Part shown: positions 9,341 to 19,698 of the stretch, piece after piece
Layout: each line of letters opens with the position of its first letter
Numbering within the stretch: the first letter of the stretch is position 1
NCBI RefSeq assembly: GCF_055900595.2
Contig: NZ_CM148325.1
DNA: 64,000 bases
Reading direction: 5' to 3' (one strand)
The notes under the pieces: generated by a model
Seen by the model: the letters and a program-made list of their open reading frames with translations, nothing else
Database searches by the model: none
What the model was told of the DNA's origin: nothing
Translations under genes and position numbers: made by a program

Positions 9341-11431
9341 ATGCGAATAACCACTCTGGCTTCCGTAGTCATTCCCTGTCTCGGATTTTCAGCCAGCAGC
9401 ATAGCTGCTGCAGAGGATGTGATGATTGTCTCTGCATCCGGCTATGAGAAAAAGCTGACTAACGCAGCCGCCAGTGTTTCTGTGATTAGCCAGGAGGAAT
9501 TGCAGTCCAGCCAGTACCACGATCTGGCGGAGGCTCTGAGATCAGTAGAGGGTGTGGATGTTGAAAGTGGTACGGGTAAAACCGGTGGGCTGGAAATCAG
9601 CATCCGAGGAATGCCAGCCAGTTACACGCTGATACTGATTGATGGTGTTCGTCAGGGCGGAAGCAGTGACGTGACTCCCAACGGTTTTTCTGCCATGAAT
9701 ACCGGGTTCATGCCCCCTCTGGCCGCCATTGAGCGTATTGAGGTTATCAGGGGGCCGATGTCCACACTGTATGGCTCTGATGCGATGGGCGGTGTGGTGA
9801 ATATCATTACCAGAAAGAATGCAGACAAATGGCTCTCTTCCGTCAATGCAGGGCTGAATCTGCAGGAAAGCAACAAATGGGGTAACAGCAGCCAGTTTAA
9901 TTTCTGGAGCAGTGGTCCCCTTGTGGATGATTCTGTCAGCCTGCAGGTACGCGGTAGCACACAACAGCGTCAGGGCTCATCGGTCACATCACTGAGCGAT
10001 ACAGCAGCCACGCGTATTCCTTATCCCACGGAGTCACAGAATTATAATCTTGGTGCACGTCTTGACTGGAAGGCGTCGGCGCAGGATGTGCTCTGGTTTG
10101 ATATGGATACCACCCGGCAGCGTTATGATAACCGGGATGGGCAACTGGGGAGTCTGACGGGGGGATATGACCGGACCCTGCGCTATGAGCGAAACAAAAT
10201 TTCAGCTGGCTATGATCATACTTTCACCTTCGGAACATGGAAATCGTATCTGAACTGGAACGAGACAGAAAATAAAGGTCGTGAGCTCGTACGCAGTGTA
10301 CTGAAGCGCGACAAATGGGGGCTTGCCGGTCAGCCGCGGGAGCTTAAGGAATCGAACCTTATCCTGAATTCATTACTGCTTACCCCTCTGGGAGAATCTC
10401 ATCTGGTTACGGTGGGGGGCGAGTTTCAGAGCTCGTCCATGAAAGACGGAGTTGTCCTTGCCAGCACAGGTGAAACTTTCCGGCAGAAAAGCTGGTCGGT
10501 ATTTGCTGAGGATGAGTGGCATCTCACGGATGCACTTGCGCTGACTGTGGGCAGCCGCTATGAACATCATGAGCAATTCGGGGGACACTTCAGTCCGCGT
10601 GCATATCTGGTCTGGGATGTGGCAGATGCCTGGACGCTGAAAGGCGGTGTGACCACGGGATATAAGGCACCCAGAATGGGGCAGCTACATAAAGGGATTA
10701 GTGGTGTATCCGGGCAGGGAAAAACAAATCTACTTGGTAACCCCGACCTGAAGCCGGAAGAGAGCGTCAGTTATGAGGCTGGGGTGTATTACGATAACCC
10801 CGCCGGTCTGAATGCCAATGTCACAGGTTTTATGACTGACTTCTCCAACAAGATTGTCTCTTATTCCATAAATGATAACACCAATAGCTATGTAAACAGC
10901 GGAAAGGCCCGGTTGCATGGTGTGGAATTTGCCGGCACATTGCCGCTGTGGTCAGAGGATGTCACGCTGTCACTGAATTACACCTGGACCCGAAGTGAAC
11001 AACGTGATGGTGATAACAAAGGTGCGCCGCTGAGTTATACCCCTGAACACATGGTGAATGCGAAACTGAACTGGCAGATCACCGAAGAGGTGGCATCATG
11101 GCTGGGTGCCCGTTATCGCGGGAAAACACCACGTTTCACCCAGAATTATTCGTCACTGAGCGCTGTACAGAAGAAAGTGTATGATGAGAAAGGAGAATAC
11201 CTGAAAGCTTGGACGGTGGTGGATGCAGGTCTGTCGTGGAAGATGACGGATGCCCTGACGCTGAATGCTGCGGTGAATAACCTGCTCAACAAGGATTACA
11301 GTGACGTGAGCCTGTACAGTGCCGGTAAGAGTACGCTGTATGCCGGTGATTACTTCCAGACGGGATCATCAACAACAGGATATGTGATACCTGAGCGAAA
11401 TTACTGGATGTCGCTGAACTATCAGTTCTGA
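9341..11431 (+). CDS. iha: IrgA-homologue adhesin / TonB-dependent outer-membrane siderophore receptor Iha
   Basis: 696 aa, signal peptide, plug plus 22-strand barrel, C-terminal ..WMSLNYQF; N-terminus MRITTLASVVIPCLGFSASSIAAAEDVMIV matches Iha as recalled. Confidence 0.9.
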   Translation: MRITTLASVVIPCLGFSASSIAAAEDVMIVSASGYEKKLTNAAASVSVISQEELQSSQYHDLAEALRSVEGVDVESGTGKTGGLEISIRGMPASYTLILIDGVRQGGSSDVTPNGFSAMNTGFMPPLAAIERIEVIRGPMSTLYGSDAMGGVVNIITRKNADKWLSSVNAGLNLQESNKWGNSSQFNFWSSGPLVDDSVSLQVRGSTQQRQGSSVTSLSDTAATRIPYPTESQNYNLGARLDWKASAQDVLWFDMDTTRQRYDNRDGQLGSLTGGYDRTLRYERNKISAGYDHTFTFGTWKSYLNWNETENKGRELVRSVLKRDKWGLAGQPRELKESNLILNSLLLTPLGESHLVTVGGEFQSSSMKDGVVLASTGETFRQKSWSVFAEDEWHLTDALALTVGSRYEHHEQFGGHFSPRAYLVWDVADAWTLKGGVTTGYKAPRMGQLHKGISGVSGQGKTNLLGNPDLKPEESVSYEAGVYYDNPAGLNANVTGFMTDFSNKIVSYSINDNTNSYVNSGKARLHGVEFAGTLPLWSEDVTLSLNYTWTRSEQRDGDNKGAPLSYTPEHMVNAKLNWQITEEVASWLGARYRGKTPRFTQNYSSLSAVQKKVYDEKGEYLKAWTVVDAGLSWKMTDALTLNAAVNNLLNKDYSDVSLYSAGKSTLYAGDYFQTGSSTTGYVIPERNYWMSLNYQF

Positions 11432-11463
11432 TAATAACAAAACGCTATCACTGACGGTAGAAT

Positions 11464-11502
11464 ACGTTGCCACTGTAACTCCTGGCGGAACAGTGGCAAC
11501 GT
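11464..11502 (+). terminator. rho-independent-type hairpin downstream of iha
   Basis: 12-bp perfect stem ACGTTGCCACTG / CAGTGGCAACGT followed by TATT. Confidence 0.5.
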
Positions 11503-12214
11503 ATTAGGTTAAGTGCATTTCCGATCCGCTAATGAGATTTCGTTACCAACAACTAATATCGTCACAGGAAATGCACGGATTATTTTTAACTTATCATTTA
11601 CATACTTGTCCAGAGTGTAAGCGCACCGTGAAGGACGTGGGGTAAAAATTAGTGTACAGAGAGAGTGACGTTCCAGGGCAACAACTCTTTCATGCGGTTG
11701 GCAGGCCAGGTGTTGATTACACTGATCACGTGGCGTAGCCACGTTTCCGGCTCGATTCCGTTAAGTTTTGCAGCTACCGATCAGGCTGTACATCACTGCC
11801 GCACTATCGCTCGTCATCTCAAAGTCCGGTCTCGTCAGCAGGAAGGTATCATTCTCTCCCGCCATTTTTCCGGGGGCCCGGTCAGATAAGTCCCTTTGTC
11901 TATCGCTGACTCCTGGCTCATAACCCGGTTAGCAGAATGCAGGGTCACCACCTCGCCACGACCGAATCCGGATAAGTCAATTGCACCTTCTCAATCGCCA
12001 TTTTGTCACAATTAAGTTTGATAAATCATGTCACCTCTGCACTGAATCTGCTCCAGTGCCTCATTGGTCTCCGTCCACCCCTTTAAACTGCCGGATAAGA
12101 CTGCTGCACAGCGCCTTCCCCGGAATCAAATCACTTTCCCTGTCCGCCACAATCCGCTTCATGCCACCTCGTATTTTGTTTCAGAGACCGGAATCTGCCA
12201 GAAAGTGACTACGC

Positions 12215-12535
12215 GTGCACATATCGGTTTTCTGGGTTACATGCATCGTGTTATTTTCTGAAATGCAAAATAATAAAAAACAAGGACACATAATGAAGGA
12301 TGAAATACACAGTACCAGCATCAACCCGGATGTTGTTGAGCAGTTTCTGGCCCTTATGAACACACATTGTAAATCCTCAGAAGAGGCGCTCGCCATGCTG
12401 AGTACGCTTTGTTACAACCTGATGGTGACATGCGGTATCCATTCCATGGACAGCCAGATGCTCAATGGGCATGGGATATCCATGCAACTTCAGGGGATTG
12501 ATATTGCCGAAAGGCCAGGTAAGAATATTCACTAA
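12215..12535 (+). CDS. hypothetical small protein (likely start at internal Met, about 12293)
   Basis: First of four tandem same-strand small ORFs; no recognised motif. Confidence 0.35.
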   Translation: MHISVFWVTCIVLFSEMQNNKKQGHIMKDEIHSTSINPDVVEQFLALMNTHCKSSEEALAMLSTLCYNLMVTCGIHSMDSQMLNGHGISMQLQGIDIAERPGKNIH

Positions 12536-12810
12536 CCTGAACAGGGTCTGAAAACGCTGTCTTTTCAGGCCTCTGCAGGCAAAAACTGATGACAACAAAA
12601 TTTCTGCGTTTGTACCCCACCGATGAAAAAGACAAAAACTCACACCGGGCTTCTAGCCAGTAAAGATAAAACCCGACGTGTCAGCCTCTACGAAACGCCA
12701 ACGGCATGGTGTATCAGGGGGCAGGAGTGCTACAGCAAAAGTACAGGACGCCGCTGTGGCAGCCACGACAGTCTGAGCAGACTGCGCCTGGACAGCATTA
12801 AGCCTGTTGA

Positions 12811-13194
12811 ATGAGTGGTGGCACCATGAAAGATAACAGCACAACCGCCACCCCAGAAGCCTGGAAAATGCGTTTTCTGGCCAACGGGACATCCGGCACA
12901 TGGTTTTACACTGACGACATTACAGTCACTGACGCGTGGCTTCGCGCGCACCCGGATGATGTGGAGGTTATCCCTCTCTGCCGGATACCACCCCGTCAGC
13001 ATTCCCATGAACAACATATTGAAGAACTCCGTGCAGCCCTGGCCCGGATGCTGCATATGCATCATATGATGCTGGAAACCACGCATTACAGGGAAAACAT
13101 CACCGATGCCCGTTGTATCCGTGAAATGCATGAAGCTCCATTACAGGCGCTCAATATTCTGGCCAGATACCCGCATAAAAAGGACGAGGTGTGA
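12811..13194 (+). CDS. hypothetical protein
   Basis: Tandem small ORF, His-rich segment (HMHHMMLETTHY); no recognised domain. Confidence 0.35.
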   Translation: MSGGTMKDNSTTATPEAWKMRFLANGTSGTWFYTDDITVTDAWLRAHPDDVEVIPLCRIPPRQHSHEQHIEELRAALARMLHMHHMMLETTHYRENITDARCIREMHEAPLQALNILARYPHKKDEV

Positions 13195-13197
13195 CGC

Positions 13198-13413
13198 ATG
13201 TGGCTACTGATTTTCTGGCTTTCATCTCCCTTTAATGTCTCTTCCGGTGATGCCCGGCAGCCCACACTGGCGGTGCACAGCCAGGCATTTCATACCGAAC
13301 GGGCCTGTCGCGATGCATTGCACGCCATTAAAAAGGAGAATGTTGGCGAATTTTCTCTGCGGGGCGTTTGTGTTTCTGACGGAAATACGAAGGAGGAAGC
13401 TGAGAGCTCATGA
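13198..13413 (+). CDS. hypothetical small protein
   Basis: Starts 4 bp after previous stop; overlaps next ORF by 4 bp (operon-like coupling). Confidence 0.3.
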   Translation: MWLLIFWLSSPFNVSSGDARQPTLAVHSQAFHTERACRDALHAIKKENVGEFSLRGVCVSDGNTKEEAESS

Positions 13414-13682
13414 CGGATATTACTGACAGACATACACTTCGCCGTATGTCCTGGTCGGAACTCTTCACGGCAGCACAGGAAGCGGAATTTCAGCGTGATT
13501 ACGAGCGTGCCAGAATAGTGTGGTCATTCGCCTTACATGTTGCAACAACCACGATTAACAAAAATCTGGCCATAGCTCATATTCGACGCTGCAATACTTT
13601 GTTGCATAAATCAAAAACAGTACCCGGAAACAACACGGGGGGCCGGTCAGTGTGCCTGAGACCCCAACATCCCCGGAGATGA
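13410..13682 (+). CDS. hypothetical small regulator-like protein (possibly PerC-like)
   Basis: Pattern ..AEFQRDYERARIVW..IRRC.. is loosely reminiscent of PerC-family activators; from recall only. Confidence 0.3.
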   Translation: MTDITDRHTLRRMSWSELFTAAQEAEFQRDYERARIVWSFALHVATTTINKNLAIAHIRRCNTLLHKSKTVPGNNTGGRSVCLRPQHPRR

Positions 13683-13915
13683 CTGACATTCCGGACTGAC
13701 GCAGTTGCTGCATATCTGTGGCAATACGTTGTATCCAGCCAGACAGGTTATCCCGCGTAGTGACAATTAACCCGCTTTCCTGCACCAGCTTCAGCCGGGC
13801 CGTCGGGGATTTTACCAGCCGGAAATATCAGTAAAACAACATATCATTATGCCATGGTGTACGCGGCCAGTGTACGCTTACTTAAGGAATGAGGGATAAA
13901 TTGGATATTATTACT

Positions 13916-14188
13916 TCACTTTGCTTTTTTATGAGATTCATCACATAAGTGGGGTTTTACTGTTAAATAATCTGAATTTATTTGATATCCGTAAAGCAGA
14001 TGTCTCAGTTCGCTGTTTCCAACTTTTGTTATTCCTCTGGGGCGAATGCTGTTTCCGCTGGAATATTCACCTGGCACCAGTCCCAGAAAAGCCATGAGCT
14101 GTTCAGGATTGGAAAATCGCGAAAAATCACCCAGTTCAGCAACCAGGGTTATTGCGATTAGTTGACCAACACCTTTAAGAGCCTGCAA
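13916..14188 (-). pseudogene. IS110-family transposase, C-terminal fragment
   Basis: ..LVAELGDFSRFSNPEQLMAFLGLVPGEYSSG.. typical IS110/IS902 C-terminal region; N-terminal part missing. Confidence 0.55.
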
Positions 14189-14344
14189 CTGGCAGACCAG
14201 ATTGCACAGAGATCACTCAGGTAACAGGCGAGATATTTCCTGATCGAGTTGAAGTATGCGATCTTCAATCTGCTCCAGATTCTGACAATAATGTTGAAAG
14301 CAATCTGTTGAGATAGCAGACCAAATGATTGAGCGAGTGTTAGT

Positions 14345-14869
14345 GATGACAAACGTATCCAGGTACTTCTTATCTCATGGTGTTTTGGTGGATTTCTTGA
14401 GGCGGCAGCCGGATACGGTACAGCGGTAGCAATCCCCATTGGTATACTGATTGCTCTGGGCTTTAACCCACTAAAAGCAGCGATTGCATCACTGGTTGCT
14501 AATACAGTCCCTACAGCGTTTGGGGCAGTAGGTATACCTGTCTCTGTACTTGCTGAACAAGTTAATTTACCTGTAACCACACTCAGCGGGACAATTATTC
14601 TTCAACTGGCACTGTTCAACATTCTGCTTCCTTTCGTCATCGTCGCGATTATCGGTGGTGGTATGAAGACTATACGAGGCGTTGGACTAATTACCCTGAT
14701 GTGTGGTGTCAGTACATTAATTCCCCAGTATCTGGTGGCTGTTAATCTTGGCGCGGAACTCCCGGCTTTCGCGGGTAGTCTTGTCAGTCTGATAGTAATA
14801 GTCTTTATGGCGAAAAACCGTAAAGAAAAAACCGCCCCTGAATTGGGGATGCGGACGATTTCCTAGACT
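14345..14869 (+). pseudogene. L-lactate permease (LctP family) internal fragment
   Basis: Translated frame gives ..SWCFGGFLEAAAGYGTAVAIPIG..LVANTVPTAFGAVGIP.. as in LldP/GlcA; truncated on both sides by IS sequences. Confidence 0.55.
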
Positions 14870-14875
14870 GCTTTA

Positions 14876-15910
14876 TTATGCCAGCCCACATTGTTGGCGG
14901 TACATTTCAGGGCTGACTGCACCCAGCGATAATTTTATACGCCGCTCGTTATACCATCTGATGTAAGCATCTACATGCTGCATGAACTTTTCTGGCGTGA
15001 TGCCCGACCATTTACGCCCATAATACATTTCCGTTTTCAGTCTGCCGAAAAAACCTTCGCATGCGGCATTATCAGGTGAACATCCTTTACGGGACATTGA
15101 GCGAATAAGACCTGCTGCATTCACTCTTTCCAGCCAGCCTGGCCAGCGATAATGCCCACCTCTGTCACTGTGTATCACCGGTCGTTCGCCAGCATTTAAC
15201 GTTTCGACAGCGCTATCCAGCATAGTGTTGACCAGCTCAGCATCGGGGCGTGTACTGAGAGACCAGCTAATAACTTTTCCATCGAAGCAGTCCACCACCG
15301 GTGACAGCCAGACTTTACCTGCAGGGAGTTGGAACTCCGTGATATCTGTCAGCCATTTCTGATTAGGTTGCTACGCCTTAAAATCTCTGGCGATAAGGTT
15401 ATCCGGAGCCGGTCCGATTTCTCCGCAATATGAGCTGTAGCGACGACGACGGTTACGGCTGACGACAAGCTGTTCCTCCACCATAAGTCTGCGTACAACC
15501 TTTTCTGATAGCCGCCCCCCCTCATGCCTGAGCATCGCATGCAGGCGACGATAGCCATAACACTGGTAATTACTGTTAAATATATCTGTCAGCATCGTAC
15601 GTATCGTGGCGTATTTATCACCGGCTTTCAGTGCAGCCCGGTGATAAAAATAACTGCTACGGGTAAGGCCCAGAACATGAAGTAATTCTGTCAGGGGATA
15701 TGTTTGCCTCAGGGCATCAGCGATCTTTGTTTTTTCTCTGTTGTTCAGGTGACTGATACTGATGCCCGGGTCTTTTTTTATGATTTCCTCCGCTTTTTTC
15801 AGAATATCCAGCTCCATCTGCCGGCGGCGTATTTCCTGATTCAGTCGGGCGACTTCCTCCCGCAACGCATCGCGTTCTGCCTCCAGGGAAGGTTCGTTAT
15901 GTTTACGCAT
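14876..15910 (-). pseudogene. IS3-family transposase OrfB interrupted by in-frame stop
   Basis: Two track ORFs (15371-15910, 14876-15298) are in the same frame, separated by TAG (..DFKA*QPNQKWLTDITEF..); DDE motif region HSDRGGHY present. Confidence 0.6.
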
Positions 15911-15946
15911 AGTCTGGTAAGCACTGTTGCCGATAATTTCATCTTT

Positions 15947-16408
15947 CTATTTATACAATACCGCACGACTGACACCAATACGCCTGGCGATCTCACTGGC
16001 TGATACTTGTCGTGTACAGAGTGCCATGACAGCCTGACGTTTGACTTCTGGTTCAAAGGGCGCAACCGGGTTGGCCTTACTGGTAAATATACGTCGTCTG
16101 TCGGGATAAAGTTCATTAACCCAGCGAGCGAGTACATCAGTGCAGGGATAACCCAGGGCTCTGCTGGTAAACGCCAGGCAGCAGCCGTGGTTAAGATAAT
16201 GTTCAACGGCAACCTGTTTTTGCTCATCGGAGTAACGGTGCTTATGACGAATGGATTCTTTTGCGCCACCACCTGCTTCCCATGAGCGGATCCAACGCCG
16301 CAGATTTCTTTTCGAAGGGTAGCCCAGTTCGCGTACGACGGGAGCCAGCTTCTTACCATATTTGAAATAAAGCTCAATGGCGCGGATTTTTTCTTCTTCA
16401 GTAAACAT
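15947..16408 (-). CDS. IS3-family transposase OrfA (HTH)
   Basis: Two HTH-like segments; precedes OrfB in the same element. Confidence 0.6.
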   Translation of the reverse strand: MFTEEEKIRAIELYFKYGKKLAPVVRELGYPSKRNLRRWIRSWEAGGGAKESIRHKHRYSDEQKQVAVEHYLNHGCCLAFTSRALGYPCTDVLARWVNELYPDRRRIFTSKANPVAPFEPEVKRQAVMALCTRQVSASEIARRIGVSRAVLYK

Positions 16409-16823
16409 GTTTTATCTCCTGAGAGTCCAGGAAATCGTCCGCATCCCCCAACGAGCTGCTGTTTAAATTCGGGAGGATAATTAGGGCAGCCTTTTCGCCT
16501 GCCGGGAGTCACATTTTTCTGCATATCTGACACTTTGGTTCCCACTACTTATTTGGTGGACACCACTTTGTCTAATTCGTCAGATTCTGACCAGACGGTT
16601 CAGGCTGTACGCTTACAGTTGTTCAGGAGTAATAGTCCAAAGTATCGGGAATTTTCCAGACAATCCTGATAATACGCTTATGAACATTACAACACGCTCA
16701 TGCGGAACCTGGATGGGGGAAGGAACGGTGAAGCTGTTAGCGAATGACTGGCGTTTGTATAAACGCCGGTCATGATGAATGATATTTCAGAATATACCTC
16801 GGGCTAAAATACCGGGACAGAGA

Positions 16824-17247
16824 TCAGGCATGATTAATCTGCAGCATTTTTAATAACAGAAGTACTGAGCTTACTTTACCTTTGATGATGGAATAGTTAT
16901 TTCCGTCGGTACTCATTTTTCCCTGAAATAATGTCACGGATGTTTCTTCCTGCTGATCCTGCAGGCGCAGTCGTAAGGTCATATTTTTAATGAGCTGAGA
17001 TCCGGGTGGCAAGGGGTATTTGCTGTCAGATACTGGGCGACTGAGTCTGATGTGGCGCGTATACAGCCCGTTTTCGTACAGGGTGGCCTCTGTTATGGTG
17101 TCAGTGACCAGCATGTGGGAGACAATGCTGTATTCTTTTTTAAAGCACCCACCAGAAACGGTGATTGTAATGATAATGGTCTTCTCGATCGAGATGTAAA
17201 TACCCGTTTCGTTATACTGTCCGTATCGGAACCATGAGAACTCAGTT
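16824..17247 (-). pseudogene. remnant of unknown gene truncated by IS600-like insertion
   Basis: ORF runs into IS600-like right terminus; N-terminus lost; no recognised domain. Confidence 0.25.
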
Positions 17248-17290
17248 TGAGGTGTACTGGCAATAGCGGACACAACCATTTGTTCTTTTT

Positions 17291-18109
17291 TTAAGCAGCT
17301 ATCTGATGATATTTTTCCCTGAAGGCTGCCGGGGAGATATTCCCCAGACGAGAGTGACGACGCTGACGATTGTAGAAAATCTCAATGTATTCCCGTATTA
17401 CTGAGATGGCTTCATCCCGGTTATTAAAACGATAGTGGCTCAGGCTCTCATTTTTCAGCGTTCCCCAGAAGCTTTCCATCGGAGCGTTGTCGTAACAGTT
17501 ACCTTTACGCGACATTGATGTTTTCAGACCAAACTGCTCCTGTATGACCCGGTAATCGTATGCGCAGTACTGTGAACCTCGATCAGAGTGGTGGATTAGC
17601 CCGGCAGGTGGGCGCTGGCTCCTGAGCGCCATAAACAGGGCTTTACCTGTCAGCTCTTTTGTCATGCGCTCTCCCATGGCGTAGCCGACAATTTCGCACG
17701 TATAAACATCTTTGATGCCAGCGAGGTACAACCATCCCTCCTGTGTGGCAACATACGTCAGGTCCGCCACCCAGACCTGATTTGGTGCTGTAGGAGCGAA
17801 CGTCTGGTTCAGCAGATTTGGCGCAACTGGCAGATTGTGGTTCGAGTTCGTAGTCGCTCTGAACTTGCGTTTCTGCTTACAGCGTAGCCTTAGCTCCTTA
17901 CGAAGACGTGCCAGTCGGTCACGACCAACGATGATGCCATTCTCTGCCAGCTCCGTCTGGAGCCGCCGGGTTCCATATGTTTCGCGAGTGCGGATATGTG
18001 CCACCTTAATCTCCAGTTTTAGCCGCTCATCACTTTGTTTTCTGTCTGAGGGTTCATGCTGTACCCAGTTGTAATAACCGCTCCTGGATACACCAAATAC
18101 CTGACACAT
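17291..18109 (-). CDS. IS600-like transposase OrfB
   Basis: 272 aa DDE integrase (..VWVADLTYV..HHSDRGSQY..); matches IS600 OrfB as recalled. Confidence 0.8.
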   Translation of the reverse strand: MCQVFGVSRSGYYNWVQHEPSDRKQSDERLKLEIKVAHIRTRETYGTRRLQTELAENGIIVGRDRLARLRKELRLRCKQKRKFRATTNSNHNLPVAPNLLNQTFAPTAPNQVWVADLTYVATQEGWLYLAGIKDVYTCEIVGYAMGERMTKELTGKALFMALRSQRPPAGLIHHSDRGSQYCAYDYRVIQEQFGLKTSMSRKGNCYDNAPMESFWGTLKNESLSHYRFNNRDEAISVIREYIEIFYNRQRRHSRLGNISPAAFREKYHQIAA

Positions 18110-18654
18110 CGCTTCAATGGGAAATTGTTGTCGCCATTGTTCGATTAACGCGTATTTTTCAGCGACTCCTGTGCAAAATACGCGGTTGTAGATTCAATCT
18201 GTCAATGCAACACCCCTTTCAATTATCTCTTTCGGTGTTTTGAACTTCAGTGTCTTTCTCGGTCTGTTGTTTAGCTGAGCAGCAACCAGATCTAGTTCAT
18301 GTTGAGTATATTGGGCAAGACATGTCTTTTTAGGAAAGTACTGCCGAATTAGCCCATTTGTGTTCTCATTTGTTCCCCGCTGCCAAGGACTCTGAGGATC
18401 GCAGAAGTAAACTTTAACGCCGGTGCTGACAGTAAATTCTAGATGTCTGGCCAGTTCCATTCCTCTGTCCCATGTCAGTGATTTTCTGAGTTCTGACGGT
18501 AAACTCAGGAATTTGTCGGTAAGAGCCTGATTTACTGAGACAGAATCTTTGCCCCTGAGTCTAAGGATGATCGTATAACGTGATTTTCGGTCTACAAGTG
18601 TGTAACCGGCTCATTTAAACCGTCTGGTCTGTTTCCTCCGGCTCTACAAAAATA

Positions 18655-19332
18655 ATGTCCATCATTTTTAATGGACACTATCGTATGAAACACCGGACCT
18701 GGATCACTGAAGCTTTACGTCTTCACTTTGAAGAACATTTACCCCGGGTTGTGGCCGGGCGTCGCCTGGGTGTACCAAAATCAACAGTTTGTAGTATGTT
18801 CGTGCGCTTTCGGAGAGCTGGCCTTTCGTGGCCTTTGCCCGCAGGCATGTCGGAGCAGGAACTTGATGCCTGCCTTTACGGACAATTTTCCACGGTACCA
18901 GTCGTACGTCCTGAAAGCACCGTTATATCCGAAGCCCCCGTGGTAAAAAAACGTCCCCGGCGGCCCAACTTCCCTTATGAGTTTAAAATCGCCTTAGTGG
19001 AGCAGTCACTGCAGCCCGGAGCCTGTGTGGCGCAGATCGCCCGGGAAAACGGAATCAACGATAACCTGCTCTTCAACTGGCGCCATCAATACCGGAAAGG
19101 TGGCCTGCTGCCTTCCGGAAAAAATATGCCGGCACTGCTTCCCGTGACGTTAACGCCGGAGCCGGATAATAAAATCCCGGCCCCCGCACAGGAACCAGAG
19201 CGGATAAATACACCGTCCGACAGTCTGTGTTGTGAGCTGGTTCTGCCGGCCGGAACTCTCAGGCTTAAAGGTAAACTGACGCCGGCGTTATTACAGACAC
19301 TTATCCGCGAAATAAAAGGGAGCAGCCACTGA
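18655..19332 (+). CDS. IS66-family accessory protein (orf1, HTH)
   Basis: First ORF of IS66-type element. Confidence 0.7.
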   Translation: MSIIFNGHYRMKHRTWITEALRLHFEEHLPRVVAGRRLGVPKSTVCSMFVRFRRAGLSWPLPAGMSEQELDACLYGQFSTVPVVRPESTVISEAPVVKKRPRRPNFPYEFKIALVEQSLQPGACVAQIARENGINDNLLFNWRHQYRKGGLLPSGKNMPALLPVTLTPEPDNKIPAPAQEPERINTPSDSLCCELVLPAGTLRLKGKLTPALLQTLIREIKGSSH

Positions 19333-19679
19333 TGATATCTCTCCCTGCAGGTTCGCGTATCTGGCTGGTTGCAGGTATCACCGATATGCGAAATGGCTTT
19401 AACGGCCTGGCATCAAAAGTTCAGAACGTCCTGAAGGATGACCCGTTCTCCGGACACCTGTTCATCTTCCGCGGACGCCGGGGTGACCAGATAAAAGTGT
19501 TGTGGGCTGACAGTGACGGACTGTGCCTCTTCACCAAACGCCTGGAGCGGGGCCGCTTCGTCTGGCCAGTCACCCGTGACGGCAAGGTGCACCTTACTCC
19601 GGCTCAGTTATCCATGCTTCTTGAAGGTATCAACTGGAAGCACCCGAAACGAACGGAACGCGCTGGAATCCGCATATAA
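19332..19679 (+). CDS. IS66-family Orf2 (TnpB-like)
   Basis: 115 aa, MISLPAGSRIWLVAGITDMR.. typical IS66 orf2. Confidence 0.8.
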   Translation: MISLPAGSRIWLVAGITDMRNGFNGLASKVQNVLKDDPFSGHLFIFRGRRGDQIKVLWADSDGLCLFTKRLERGRFVWPVTRDGKVHLTPAQLSMLLEGINWKHPKRTERAGIRI

Positions 19680-19698
19680 CCCGTTGTAAAGTGAGGAT

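Larger units (their letters stand above)
14851..16447 (-). mobile_element. IS3-family insertion sequence with inactivated OrfB
   Basis: Terminal inverted repeats TGGGG(G)ATGCGGACGATTTCCT at both ends; orfA plus orfB with in-frame TAG. Confidence 0.65.
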
